DNA of 64,000 nucleotides from Selaginella moellendorffii (Eukaryota > Plantae > Lycopodiophyta). The translations under genes and the position numbers were made by a program. Under the pieces are notes generated by a model. The model ran no database searches. It saw only the letters and a list, made by a program, of their open reading frames with translations, and was not told where the DNA came from. The DNA lies in the NCBI RefSeq assembly GCF_000143415.4, contig NW_003314386.1:228852-292851 (forward strand), read 5' to 3'. Below are positions 46,701 to 60,115 of the stretch, piece by piece. Each line of letters opens with the position of its first letter. The first letter of the stretch is position 1.

Positions 46701-49700
46701 AAAGTCAATGTCGAAAGGGGAATGCTCATTGTCAGAAAGACCATCATTAGGACACCCAAACACTCTAGAACACCAGAAGGTGGTGTTTGGTGTCATGAGG
46801 GTAATGAATAATGCCCAAGGGACAAAATCCCTAGCAAATGATGGATAGGAGGTGCTATCCAAATGTCCAAGGTTGTGGAGACGAGAAAAGTCCATCTACC
46901 CAAATTGGACAAAGCCAAAAAGGGGATTTTGGCAAGGCTAGTGATGAGCATATGAAGGCCCATAAGTAGCAATGATAATCCTAGTGTGTGGGATTATGAG
47001 GTGAGCAAACCCGGATTGAGGAACCACTTCCTAGGCTGTCGGGTAGGTTCATCCCTATGAATACTTGCCAAGGCATGGTAGAAAGTGCAAAGCTATCTTC
47101 CTAGTCTAGAGAAGAATAACCGAAGGAAATGTATGAAGCCAAAAGGCAAGTAGTAAAGGGATAAAATCGAACCATAGAAATTGACAGGCATTACCAAGGG
47201 TGGTTATAGAAGTTGGGAGTGGAGAATCAAGTGGGTGCTCAAGCATATTGTTACTAGCAATCGGGATGCCTTGGAGAGTCTAAAACATGGGATTGTCCAT
47301 GTTAGACTATATGGTAATTGGAAAGTTTGCGAATTGAGAGACTTTAGCAAGCTAAGGAACAGAGTTCCTTGAACGTTCCCCTAGGTAGATAAGTACCTAG
47401 ACATCCAAGTGTAAATGGTTTATAGAGCGCGCGAAATCAGAGTGGCGCAGCAGAAGCGTGGTCTTGAAGCTTGCCAAAAGGCAAGGCTATCAAGGTTAGG
47501 GAAGTAGTTCCCGAGTGTTCAAAGAGAGGGCTTTGAACGAAAGTTGATGATTAAGGACTTTCACGCTTATGCATGAACCATGTTACAGTGGTCGGATGAC
47601 TTGCTAAGTGAGATTGGCAAGTCAGAGGAACGAATACCCTAGTTGAAGGAGCCAACTTCAAAGGGGTGGCCTATGGGGCCAAGCATGGAGGAGTCCATGC
47701 ATGATCACAGACTAGTCAAGTGAAAAGATTTGGCAGTGCAGAGGAACTAGGTTTCTAAGCGGTGATCTATAGTGCGCTTTAAATATAAGTTAGTGCACCG
47801 ACGTGGGGAGTCATGCCAAACATCCGATGTGATGCCGTCCGTAGATGCATATACGGAGGTTGGGTTCGAGTCCCGACCCTCTAGTGCTTGGGTTCGAGTC
47901 CTAAATCACTAGGGCGTGGTGATGGTTTGGAAAATGAGGATACTCATTTTTCGGTGGTCATGGACTCTCAGTGAGGAGACTGATTTGGGCACACCGCTAA
48001 ATGAGGGATGCCTTAGAGTCATGATGCACGGTTAAATTGCTTAGTGTGGCTCGGCATATCTAACTTGAATACTTGGTGCGAGTGGCACCAAGAACGGGGT
48101 GAATGAGATGGGGACACCCAGTCTCAGTTGCTATGGACCCTTGGCCGGATGGGCTGGCTTGGGTGCACCGCCAAGTGTGGGGGATGCCCCCGGGGTCATG
48201 GTTAACAATTTAAAAGTCTAGAAGACCTAGTACCTATTGGCAAACTTGTTAAGGTGCCAAGGTTAGATCACTAAGTAATCTTCAAAATAAGGACAAGGTC
48301 CTTGTGAGGTTAAGGGATAAAGTTCCAAGTTCAAAGTGTTGATTGGAACTATTGATGATGGTGTGGTTTGGTCAAGATGACCAAGTGAGAAAAACACTTT
48401 AGGGAAATGAGATATGTCAATGCGATGGCATAGTGAGTCCGAGGAAAGTAGTCTCTATAAGAGACCCATGGGAGGGCCACAAAATTGGGCCGTGGATAGA
48501 GCCTACAGTAGAAAATGCTAAAGAGACGTACTAGGGGTAAACACCCTCCGGACTTGGCAAAGGAGAGTCTTTGCTATGGAACCGAAAGGATACCTTGAAA
48601 ATGGAGGTAGCGATCCTATGTTGCTGGGTGCAACAATCAAGGATATGAGCAAAAGACTAGTGGCTAAGTAAAGAGCCATGGGAATCATGGGAAAGAATCC
48701 AAATGGCAAAGTTAGGCTAAGAATACTAAAGTGTTGGGTGCTAACGGATTGTGGGAAAGGCAATGTATTCCCAAGGATGGATTCCCAATTGCTCCAATGT
48801 GGCGAAAGTGGAAGCTCCAAGGGTGGGAGCGATAAGGTAGCCAAATGATAGGGATGTGGACAGCCCTAGCACAAAATATGATAATTGGAACTTAGTGCCA
48901 AAGGTGGCACGAAATCGAAGAGAGGATGATAGTGCCCTCAAGTAGAGAACTTTCTAGGATGGGGAAGTGGAGTTGCACAATATGTGCAATGCAAGGTGTT
49001 GGAGACACCCAGGAAATTGACTTCGAAAAATCAGAATTAAAAGTTCCAAAGTGCAAGGGTTATATCAATAGAAAGTGAGACTACTCGAGAATGAGTAATG
49101 GGATTGAGTTAGAGAAGGTGTCTCTAACAGGTTTAGTGAGAACTAAACCAATAAAAGGAGAGAACCATCACAAGTGGTCGAATGAGCCTTTAAGTTGGAG
49201 AGGCTATGCTCTTTAGAGGGTGGACAAGGCATGGTGAGCCTTTGGTGTCAAACCATAGACAAATATTGGTTGGGTGCCAAGGATGGAAATGGTAAAACAT
49301 GCGGGTGTTACTTTACGAAAAGGGTTTACCATTCGATGAGGACATCAAACTTCGTCTATGGGTGGCGGAGTTGTGAGACACAAAATCCCTAGGCCCCAAA
49401 GTGGAGCCGAAAGGGTGCCACGTGGTAGTGGCCAAAGCAAAAGCCAAACGAGTGTAACATGTTTGGACTAAAAACTTCGACTTGAAAAGGTCGAGAGTGG
49501 GAGTGGAACTCCCAACGAAGTGCTCAAGGAACAAGCACGAAGTGAAAGATAAGTGAGTCTCTAGAAAAGGGACACAAGAGGACCGACACATGAAACGTCG
49601 AAGTGTCCAAGATGGACCTAAGATGGAGTCCGAGATGAACCTAAGATAGAGTCCGAAATGGAGTCCGAGATGGATCCGAGATGGACCCAAGATGGAGCCC

Positions 49701-51024
49701 GAGATGGACCCGAGATGGAGTCTGAGATGGAGCCCGAGATGGAGTCTGAGATGGAGCCCGAGATGGAGTCCGAGATGGACCCGAGATGGAGTCTGAAGTC
49801 GAGACCGAGACCAGGACCAAGACCGGGACCGAGACCGAGACCGGGACCGAGACCAGGACCGAGACCGGGACCGAGGCCGGGACCGAGGCCGAGGCCGGGA
49901 CTGAGGCCGAGGCCGAGACCGAGCCTGAGCCCGAGCCCGAGCCCGAGCCAGAGCCCGAGCCCGAGCCAGAGCCCGAGCCCGAGCCTGAGTCTGAGTCCGA
50001 GTCCAAGTTTGAGTCCAAGTCCGAGTTCAAGTCTAAGAGGGTGAAAGCCCAAAGCGTTCGTCTCCCAGACCCTAGGGGGTTTGGTGAGCTCCAAAAGTAT
50101 AGTGAGGGGGAGAACTGCAGTGGAGCCAATTTGGCCAGGAAAGGCCAGTTTGGCCCAGGAAGGCTGTACCTAGTGTTGGGTGATGAGCTGCCCATTGGGA
50201 AGTCCAAGACTAGAGTGAACACGGACCAACAAGCAGGGTAGCTTGGTGAAGTGTTCAAGAGCCAGTTCTAATTCCCCTAGGAGATCGACTGGCCGATGCT
50301 CCCAGTTCAAGTGTGGGTGGCACTACCTACTTGGATACCTGGCGTGGCTCAATGGAACCTCGCTCTAAGCCCATGGCTAGAGCACATAAAGGCGAAAGGC
50401 GGGGAGAGTACCCATGAAGCTTGCATAAGGCCACAATGTTCCGAAATGTTGTCCCAAAGTCCCAAATGGTGAAAAGAAAGAGGAGCAATCCTCTAGTGCT
50501 GTGACCAAGGATACGGTCACATGGTGAGGAAATCCCAAAGGATAATGGGATGTAGAGGTTGGGCCTTGAGCTAGTGGTAGTGTTGGCGAACAAGGCCATG
50601 GACAAAAAGGGACTTGATGGGGACTGGAAAAGAGTTGTCGAGGAAGGCTATTCCCCATGTTTGCAGGCATCCTAAGGATGCTAAGGAGTAGATTTGGGAT
50701 GATCACTCATGGATGGATGGTCAATCTTTGAGAGACGGGACTATGATGCAAGTGGCGTTAGACCACCGGTGTGACCAAGGTGAATGGCCATAGCCTTAGT
50801 GTAACAGGCCAATATGTCGGTGGTACCTTGGGGTGTTGGTCATGGGATTGGACACGTGGAGCACTTGGACCAAGTGCAAAGGTTGAGTGGCATGGATGCC
50901 ATTCTCAGAGCTAACAAGCCCTAAATCCTAACTGGGACTTATGGAGGTTGTGAATGAGAGTCCTCCAAGTGGTCAAAGGTGTAGTTAAGTGACTAAAGTA
51001 AAATGGAAAAATTAATCACTTACA
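43730..51024 (+). mobile_element. Full-length LTR retroelement without intact ORFs (LTRs 43730-45359 and 49372-51024)
   Basis: TGTGAG...CTTACA termini on both LTRs, TSD TGTTG/TGTTT, PBS TGGTATCGGAAC (45363-45374, tRNA-iMet-like), purine-rich GGGTGGCGGAG before the 3' LTR. Confidence 0.93.
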
Positions 51025-51609
51025 TGTTTTTGTCCCATTTGTACACGGCCCAGGTGTTTGGTAGATTCTACTTGGACAAGTGGAAGAATGTTTATTAAAT
51101 ACTAATCCCAAAACTTAGCATCGGCAACTTATGGCAATTGTGAAGGTAAACTCAACTTTGTTAGTAGTATTGGATCATGACTATTAAAGAATTTATATAG
51201 TAAAGCACAAACAGAACTTTACAACCCTATGACATATGCATACCGAAAAGACAGTAAATAATCATCCCAATCCAAATGTTGAAAATTCATATGCTTTATA
51301 ATCATCCCTTTGAAACATCAGTCATAAATGCAAGACCATTATCTAAAAGAACTCGCTCCGGATAGGAATACTGAAACATCACTCGATAAAGGAGGAAGTA
51401 TCTAACAACAGTTATAGATACATTAGTAAATATAATTATGAACATGAACATAGAACACAAACACAAGCTTTAAGTTTCAGAAACCCAACCACAAAACACA
51501 ATCATGGCTCATGATGGCTCACAAATATTCTAGTGAATATTCTAAAAATATTTTATTTTTAATTCTAGTAATGTAGTACTTTTTATTATATATAAACTAC
51601 TCAAACATC

Positions 51610-51820
51610 CTACAAATCATCATTATCTTCAACCTCACAATCTTTAACATTGTTTCCATCTTCCTCTTCCTCTTCCTCTCCTAACTTAAGCTTGTCTTTT
51701 GGATGAGAAATTGTCTCTAGTATTTTGTAGCTCACAAACTTGTTGTAGTCACGGTCATTTTTGCAGGTTAACAACCTGCTATTGCAAGCCACAAAAACCA
51801 AATTTGTTGTCCTGTCCACA
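51610..51820 (-). mobile_element. hAT transposase C-terminal (dimerisation) fragment
   Basis: DRTTNLVFVACNSRLL followed by an acidic tail resembles the hAT 'RAEKLVFVHxNLRLL' end. Confidence 0.5.
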
Positions 51821-51829
51821 GTAAGTCTA

Positions 51830-52228
51830 TTCTATCTAGCCAATGCCTGGAATGCTATGATGTCTGCATTTGCCTTGCACAGGCATCTTCTAGTCGCCTT
51901 AGATTTGTTCCACAACATGCTGCATCGGACGGTCGTGTCATGGAACACCATCATCGCCGTGCTCATCCAAGCCGCCCATTTTGAAGCCGCAATAAATGCA
52001 TATGAAAGGATGCCGGAGCACAATGCAATGTTGGGCACTACAGTGCTCGCGGCGTACGAGCATGACAGGTACGTTGGCAGTGCGGAGGACGCCAAGGCCA
52101 TCTTTGATGGCCTTCAAGAGTGCGATATCATGGCATAGACGGCCATAATGAGGGCGTACAGATTACACGGCATGCTCGATGAAGCAAGGGTAGCATTCAA
52201 CAAGATGCCTGCGTGGAGCATTGTGATG
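51830..52228 (+). pseudogene. PPR gene fragment
   Basis: AWNAMMSAFA..LFHNMLHRTVVSWNTII..AEDAKAIFDGLQECDIMA*TAIM; internal stop, no ends. Confidence 0.8.
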
Positions 52229-55200
52229 TGTACATCTTTGGACAATATTGAAATCATATATTTAAAGTTTCAAAACCCACCGAGCAGTATGACTAACCAA
52301 GTTCTTCCACTTCAATAACGAAGTAACTACAACATGATCACCTTCTAGCAACATTTGAGAACTATATAGATATGCATGAAGTTTCTCAAAACCTCAAACT
52401 ACTGCTAAACACTCCTTTGTCATAGAGTAATTCACCTCCACCAATTGTAATGTACAAGTAATATTTATAATGGGATGACATTGACTAAATAGACTTAGGC
52501 TCTTTTGCATCAACACACCTCTAAAACCAATATCAAAAGTATTCATGCACAAAATGAAAAATTGAGTGTAGTCAAGATATGCCAAAATTGGAGGAGTCAT
52601 CAATAGGTTTTTTGAGATCTATAAATACTTGCTCACAATCCACAAACTAGATGAAAGATGACATTGATGATTTTACCAACTTTCGCAACAGTGTAATGTG
52701 ATAAGAAAAATGTTTAATAAACAACTGAGATACTATATCTTGCCTAGAAATAGTTGCCTATCATTCACATAATTCAAAGTAAGGACCTTACAAACATCAC
52801 GGATGTGTTCTTCCCACATCCCCTCTGGATCAAGACATTATTGATGAAGTCAACAATCACTTTTGGCATATTTCAAAGAATCTCGTCTATCATCCATTAG
52901 AAAATTGTTAGAGTATTGTTCAAACCAAACAGCATCACCAAGAACTCGTATAAATCAAATAATATACGAAAAACAATCTTAAGAATATTTTCCTTGGCCA
53001 TTAGCAGTTGTCAGTACCCAAAAGCAAGATCTAACTTGGTGAACTAACGACTTCTCTCTAGACAATCTAAAAGATCAACAGTGTGAAGAAGAGGGTACAT
53101 ATTCAAGATCATCACTTCGTTTAATAAGCAATAGTTGATACAAAAATAAATACTCCTATCAGGCTTTGTTACAAAATGAGGTTAACATCCCTAAAAACTC
53201 TGTGACTTTTGAATAACACCCTTTTCCAACATCTTTTTAATGTTTCTATATAAAATCTTGAACTCTTTTTATAATTGATAATGAATAGAAACCTTGATTA
53301 GACAAGCATCCTTAGTTGGAATAGGATGATGTATTGCAATCTTGGCCTAAAATAATTAATCAAATTCAAAGAGATCAATACTCTTTCATAAAATAATCAA
53401 CAACTACAATACAAAGACTATCTAAAGGATTTAAAGAGAGAATAAAGGAACAAAATAGAAATATAGAAAGAAGTAATAAAGGGAAAAAAATGATGGAAGC
53501 AAAGGTAGAAGTAAAGGGATGAAAAGAAATAGAAGTGAGAGGAACAAAAGAAATATAAGGAAATATAAAACAAGGGGGAAAAGCCTCAAAATCACACTTG
53601 GTATATTTGCACCACAACCAATCCATACCTAGGATGAGGTCAAAAGCTTGACTCGACACCACTTGCAATAATTGTAACTCAAGCTTGAGGTCGCCTATAT
53701 GCACAATTAGGTCTACCTCATTCTATGCATATTTATGTGTATAGCCTTTGCCATAAAGAATGAAAACTAGTTCTACCAGACAATACAAATATAGCTGATA
53801 ACATATGGTAACAGGTTAAACAATAGAAAATAAATTAGAGCCTATATCAACTAACATAGAAAGAATAATAGAAAACTTTTTGTTATAAAAATGAGCTTGG
53901 AAAGTAAACACTAGATGAACTAATGCTGAGTGAACTCTTTGATGATACTCCTAAAAGAAAGATGGAAAAGTCATTGACTTATTCGTGTAAAGGCCCTCCA
54001 CTATTCGCATGACTCTTCATTTCCCAAAAGTATTTTATTGTCTAGACCTTCCACTGCAATAGCACCAACAAGATATAATAGATGCCAAAGTCTCCACCTA
54101 AGAAATGAAAGTTGCCAATCTAGAAAATGTTAACAATGCCGATAATTATGACTAGCTTCATCACACACCCAACAGTGGATATTACAACCATAACCACGTC
54201 CTCTCCCTTGTCTTTGAACTTGGGCAGCAGTAGCATTAACCTCCATTAAAACAAAATTATCACCCACCGAAAGTGGAGCTGAAGGATTTATAGCAAGAAG
54301 TGGAAAAAGCAATGTTTCATAATGTTGTGATAGGTAAAAAGCATTATCAAGAGTGGTTGGAGCAAGTGCATGCATACAGCCTTGACAAAGTGTTAGCCAC
54401 AACATTCCTAACTTGATCTGCTTTGACATATTTAGCTTTACATGAAGCAATAGGTTTAAAAAATGAATGCTAAATTGCATCACTAACTCAGATGGCCCTT
54501 GACGAAGATGATGCAATTATTGAAAGGCATCATCACAATCATTAATATGTCTAAATGTGCATTTGAAAATGTCCATGAGAAAACTCCAATCCGCACAAGT
54601 GGCTGTGCTCAAACCATTATACCATTATAATGTTGTTCTTTGGAGACATGAGGGAAACTCACATAAACAACAAGTGGCTAAAGTTCTTCTATAAGAATCT
54701 TGGGGATGATATGTATCATTGGTTTGATCACTTTACAGGGGATGATGAACGTAAGAGCAAGAGGAGTTATATCACACACCATAAATGCCACTATTATTGG
54801 GTTTAATTATTCAATTATAACCACATAGCATCAAATAACTGCAACAATTATTGCTCTAAAGTCAAAGGAAGAGGAGGCTACTGCTCCACCATGAAGATGA
54901 ACAAAAAGGAAAAAAGCAAAAGAGAAAAAATTAAAAAAAATCATAAAGAAAGGAATATTAAATGATGCAAAAGCTAGATCTAAATTAAAAACCAAAATCT
55001 TAAATTTAAGCACTTATCAAGGACAATCAAAATTGCTCCTCTCCTCCACCAATGTGAGTGCATAGAATATAGAATGTGGAACACAGAAATGTCTATATCA
55101 ATAGCCCAAAAACCCTAATTTATATACAAAATTGATTAGTCCAAATTGAAATCAATTTGATAGCTATCAAAATCCCACTATGCTAATATTAATATCACAC

Positions 55201-55379
55201 GTGGACCTCACACATTTAAAATAAATATAGATATTTTTTATATAGATTTTTTAACATATAAATATATGTCATTTCAATCATTTAGTGAATATTTGCCACT
55301 CCCATGTTATAAAGTGACCCACAGGAGGAGCCGAATAATGACAACATTGCCTTTATGTCTAATCTTGCATTGTGATGGT

Positions 55380-56095
55380 CAGCAAGAGCTTGGAAGCCAA
55401 CACAAAAAATGCCACATAACACTATCAAGACACAACTATCTCAGAAAATTAAGAATGATTGATCTCGGTAAGATTTTATTTGGCCTTGGCTTACAAATCT
55501 TGCATGATAGGGACCACAAAGTACTACAGGCACATCAATATAAGTATATCTCCAATGTTCAATTTTCTGAAGGAGTACTGACATTTTCTCACTCAGTGCA
55601 TTGCACCTATTGCTGCTCTGGAACTCTCAAAGACAGATGCTCAACGTTTTGAGGAGGAGAAACAGAAGATGGCAACTCTGCCATACCAGAACGTGGTAGG
55701 AGCTTCGATGTATCTGGCCTCTACAAGCCATCCCAACATAGCAGTCGCGGTCTCTCGTGTATGTCAATTCATGCAAGATCCAGGAAAGTGTCACTGGTAT
55801 ATGGTGGAACGAATCTTTAACTAAGTACAGCATTCTATATCACATACAAGAGCACAGTGTCAGGTGACATTGGATCAAGAGCTATAATACTATATGAAAT
55901 GGTTGATGCAAACTTAACAGGAGATCTCAATGACAGATGATCTACAAGTGGGTACGTTTTCAAGGTTTGTTATGCTGTTATGTCGTGGCACAGTCAGAAG
56001 CAGCAAATGGTTACATTATCCACTTGCAAAGCAGAATATAATGCAGTAACAGAAGCAGTAAAAGAGGCTCTTTGGATTCGAACGTTTTTGTTGGA
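55380..56095 (+). mobile_element. Ty1/Copia RT-RNaseH fragment
   Basis: MIDLG..LGLQI, PYQNVVGASMYL..PNIAVAVS..QFMQDP, DAN..GD..STSGYVF, SWHSQKQ..VTLSTCKAEY..KEALWIR; frameshifted. Confidence 0.88.
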
Positions 56096-57945
56096 CCCAA
56101 GCATGCTAACAAGCCCCTCACAGCAAGGCATTTTCAGCTCTCCTTTCATTCCTGGTGGCTGTGCCCCATCTCCCTGTTAGACAGATCCCTTCATCGTCCA
56201 TGACTTCTCCACATAAAAAATTGCTACATACACAGTGCTAGACGAGTTGAGCTAGAAATTCATTGCCCTCGTGACAGAACAAGGGACACTCGAATTGCAT
56301 TAAGCTTAAGGTGCCTCTCTGGCTGTATACATCTTTATGCTCCTCTGATCAGATCTTGAAGATTTGATTGCAAATGTGTCCCTTACTACGTTTGTGTCTT
56401 TCCCAAGCTTGTCAAGATGAGTGAGGATTCTGAGTGGTGTGCTCGTCGGTGCCACTCTTGGTGGATCGATCATGGATTCCAGTGGAAACGAGCTCCTCCA
56501 GCTCAAGAGAATGAGCAATGTGTTTATGAAGTTACTTAGTCAAAGTTTTATGAATTGCTGAATAGAAAGAGTTATCTTCATGAGTAGATCAGCGACTATG
56601 TTGATTGTTGACAGATGCTTCAGCTAATTTGTTCTCGGACGAAGCATATCAAAATGCTTATTCCTCCCATGATGGACTCGGTTCAGGATTGATTGTAGAC
56701 ATGTGTTGTTGTTCATGAAGGATAATTTGCAGCCTATTCAAGGAAAGTGGGATCATGGAACAATCTCTTGAGGTAGCTTACGTGGTTTGCTTTGTTCCTT
56801 GCTTGTTGAGCTTAGTGCAACTTCCTTGATTTGTTACCTCATTAGGTTCGGGGGGCGGGGGGCGGGGGGGCCTGGAGGTAAATTCAATTTCAACACATGA
56901 TAGCTTTCAAACAACCAATTATGGAAACCAATGGGAACTAAGTTGAATTATTAATGTGGCATAGCTCAGTCTCACAATAGTTTATACCCAACTCTATTGG
57001 TGGATGAACAATCCAATTCTCTTCACAATGATAGATCACAATGATAGAAAGAGCTGACGTTGAAAGATAAAAAAAGCAATGGCATGTAGCTCCTACAAGC
57101 CAATTATCCCTTTACACCTCGAACTTCAAACACGAAACTGAGCGCCAAAGTTATCCAGCACCACTATGTTCATGCTAGAACCACTAGAAGATTAAAAAAC
57201 TGCATTCTCCCACTCCCTTCTTGCGGACACTTAGATTCCAAGATTCCTGCTGAAGTGAATCAGACGAGAATGATATTGATGGGATCTCTGAGCTGCTCAT
57301 GTATCTATAATGGTGACAAGGTTATGCTAGACTTACGTTTATGGTGATATCAACAGCGAAAGAATCGAATGGAAGCTTTTCATCAGTCCAAACAGTCCTT
57401 CTGGGAGAGATTCATCACTATAAGGTGTGTTTCCAATTTCGTTTTCCTTTGTTTCTCGACATTTCTTCAAGGATTTATGGAGTGAATTTTAGAGAGGGAG
57501 AGAGGCAGGAGAGATACACCATCAAGTTGGAAAGGAAGCGCAGACAAGGAGGGGCACGCTAGAATGCGTTGTCGCTACAAGCAGAAGTTTCTGGGCCGCT
57601 ATGTGAAGCCACCACTGGAAGAGACGGAGCAAGATCAAGTTGTCAATACTGCTGCTGGGTGAACAGATTCTTGGGTGATTGTTTTGAGAGCCAGGAGAGC
57701 TCTTTCGACGCGAATTGTATACGGCAAGTGGACGACTGACAAAAGGTAGAATTTTACCGGTCATATCCTACTGATGAGATTTTCCAGCGTGATGATGGTT
57801 CTTGGAAACTCTAGCTCAGTGCACGTTCGCCGCAAAGAACGACCAAGCTTTTGTATAGCGCTGAAGAATCCGATCAAAACACACTCGAGTAAAGAACACA
57901 GGCAGGCAAATCGCGCGAGCAAAACTAGAACGGGGGGATTGATCT

Positions 57946-59841
57946 ATGGGTGCTGTGTTGCTCGCAACTCTGGAGCAGTTCACCACGAACTTGGGAAAGT
58001 TGACATTCCTGTGGGCGACTGTGGTTCTCCTGGGGGGATTCGTGACCGCTATGGACAAAAACGACTTCTACTTCATCACAGTCCTGCTCGTCAGCTATGG
58101 TATCCGGAGCTTCCGCTTCCTCAACCTGACCAAAGGCTTCAAGAAACCAAAGGTGGTCTCCCGCATCCAGGCACTCTTCATCGTTCTCTTCGTACTCACC
58201 ACCATCGTCCTGGTAATCCTCTGGGACGTCGGCCTCACCATCTTCGTGATCCTCCTGCTGGTGCTCAGCCTTCTCGCATTCGGGTACAGTGCTGGTTCCG
58301 AGCGCTCGTTCGTCCTCATCTACAACACGGCCCTGTACAACGCTGAGATCTTTCTGGCTCTCCTCAACCTGGGAGCCTCGATCCACTGGCTACGACCACC
58401 GCACTACAAGTATCCAAAGTCGAACGAGTTCGTGGCAATGCTCTGCTTCTTCTCGATCGTTATCGCCGAATCGAGCTTGTTCTTGTGCAACCGAAGCTGC
58501 TGGCAGATCATATCAGTGAGGTACAAGCTGCGAAAGAAGAACAACAGGAACCGACCGAGATTTATTCTGGAAACAAAGTTCAAATTCTTCGTTGCCGTGT
58601 ACGAGACGACGCTGAGAGATGGAGCCATCAAGGGGCTGAGGATGAACTTGGTCGACTACGTCGCGAACGAGTTCTTGGAATCGAGAGGCAACCGGGAGCT
58701 GAGGAAGAGCTTGCTGATGCTGGATGCGGTGTGCCACTCGGAAGAAGAAAATCAGAGAAAGCAAAGTGGGAAGCTCCTCTTGGCATTTAAGCGTGAAGTT
58801 GTGGAGCGGCTGTTCGAGTGCATGGGCCACAAGTACTATCTCACGTATAGGCGAACGGCGATTTCCCTAGTGGCCGAGATCTGCAAGGACGAGAACGCGT
58901 TCTTCGCTGTGGCACAAGTTGTCCAGGCCAGCGACACAGGCATCTCGCTTCTGGTGAAAGCGCTAGAGCCGGATACCAACAAGTCAGTGCTGGCGCTGCT
59001 AGGAAAGCTTGCGGCATTTGGAAAGATTGCCAATCCGAGTGTGATCCCGGACTTTGATTTTGCTCTAGGGGATACGCAAAAGAAGTGGAAGGATTCTCTC
59101 CGCCATACCTTCAATGGCGATGGAGATGATCCAGCCAGGGTCGATGTCGAGCCAGAGATCCAGAGCTCCAGGCAGAAGATCGCAAAGAATTTGAGGACGC
59201 TACTAAGAAAGAATCACGACTTGACAAGGTACCTGGCGAATGCTCTCTTTTGTTCCTCCCAGGAGCTCCAGGAGCTAGCTCTAGACGCTCTCGCGGCATT
59301 GGTAGCCTATGATCCCAGCGATGGTGATCTTCTCCCTGGTTACAAGAGCGCCATCCATGGATTGTTCCATCTCGTCCGTGCCTGCGAAGCTGATCTGCGA
59401 GGAAGAAAATCGGCAGGGGTGCTGGATCTTCTCTGCCGCAAGAATCGCCAGTACCTTGAAACGCTGCTCGATGGAAGCGGCAGTAGCAGTGACGATGTTA
59501 TAGCAGTTCTCATGAGCGCGCTCTCCTTTGGTTTGGACCATCACGATGGCGAGAGGAGCAAGCATGCAATGTCGATTCTGTGCAGCCTCCACGATCAGAA
59601 GCTATTGAGCGAGGAGCAGGAGAAAGCGCTGGACATTGCAAAGATCGTGGACATGGTGACCACTATGACGAGCTCAAGACCAAGTGGCCATGGCTTGACT
59701 GGGGAGAGCTCGATCACCCAACCCATGGAAGGGATTGGTCTGGCATTAGAAGTAGCCGAGCTTTGGGTTTTAGCTGCTTGGCCATCACAATGCTCATCAG
59801 CTGTTCCGACGGCATCACGGATTCACAATCAACCAAGGTAA
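57946..59841 (+). CDS. Multi-TM + ARM-repeat protein (BLE2-like), copy 2
   Basis: Inverted close paralogue of 39871-41637; reads TCG where copy 1 has TAG. Confidence 0.75.
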   Translation: MGAVLLATLEQFTTNLGKLTFLWATVVLLGGFVTAMDKNDFYFITVLLVSYGIRSFRFLNLTKGFKKPKVVSRIQALFIVLFVLTTIVLVILWDVGLTIFVILLLVLSLLAFGYSAGSERSFVLIYNTALYNAEIFLALLNLGASIHWLRPPHYKYPKSNEFVAMLCFFSIVIAESSLFLCNRSCWQIISVRYKLRKKNNRNRPRFILETKFKFFVAVYETTLRDGAIKGLRMNLVDYVANEFLESRGNRELRKSLLMLDAVCHSEEENQRKQSGKLLLAFKREVVERLFECMGHKYYLTYRRTAISLVAEICKDENAFFAVAQVVQASDTGISLLVKALEPDTNKSVLALLGKLAAFGKIANPSVIPDFDFALGDTQKKWKDSLRHTFNGDGDDPARVDVEPEIQSSRQKIAKNLRTLLRKNHDLTRYLANALFCSSQELQELALDALAALVAYDPSDGDLLPGYKSAIHGLFHLVRACEADLRGRKSAGVLDLLCRKNRQYLETLLDGSGSSSDDVIAVLMSALSFGLDHHDGERSKHAMSILCSLHDQKLLSEEQEKALDIAKIVDMVTTMTSSRPSGHGLTGESSITQPMEGIGLALEVAELWVLAAWPSQCSSAVPTASRIHNQPR

Positions 59842-60115
59842 CGTACCCCTCTTTTCAACTCAGAATTTGGGCTCCTCAAGATCCCGCACTTACCATGGTA
59901 AGAAACAAAGAACCATAGAAAACTTACTTTCTCGCAATCTCGTGCATTGCTTCAGAAGAGACCCACTAGTGCTCATAGTGGTGGAGGAATGAGAGTAAAT
60001 CCCATTGGCATGATCTAGAAACATTCTTCGTTAGATGTTAAGACACCTTAGTCTTTCCAATTGTCCGATTATTCTTGTGGTGTTCTGTGTGAGAGCTGCT
60101 TCTTCCTCCTTTCTT

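Larger units (their letters stand above)
43229..55199 (-). mobile_element. Old degenerate Ty3/Gypsy element with ~145-bp LTRs, carrying nested insertions
   Basis: Similar termini 55053-55199 and ~43229-43375; PBS-like TGGTGGAG after the 5' LTR; gag Zn-knuckle CWVCDEASHNYRHC (~54140-54180); protease DLILGMDWL (~53630); RT ~52750-53300; RNaseH PPILAY..NYSMTKECLAVV (52394-52603); integrase PERVLLDNG (~51350) and KGPY/VHVQQLK (~43480-43620). Confidence 0.8.

Noticed and set aside
56100-57460. Possible decayed gene and G-run at 56850-56870 (G-quadruplex)
   Set aside because: No identifiable product; a single short G-rich tract without supporting context.
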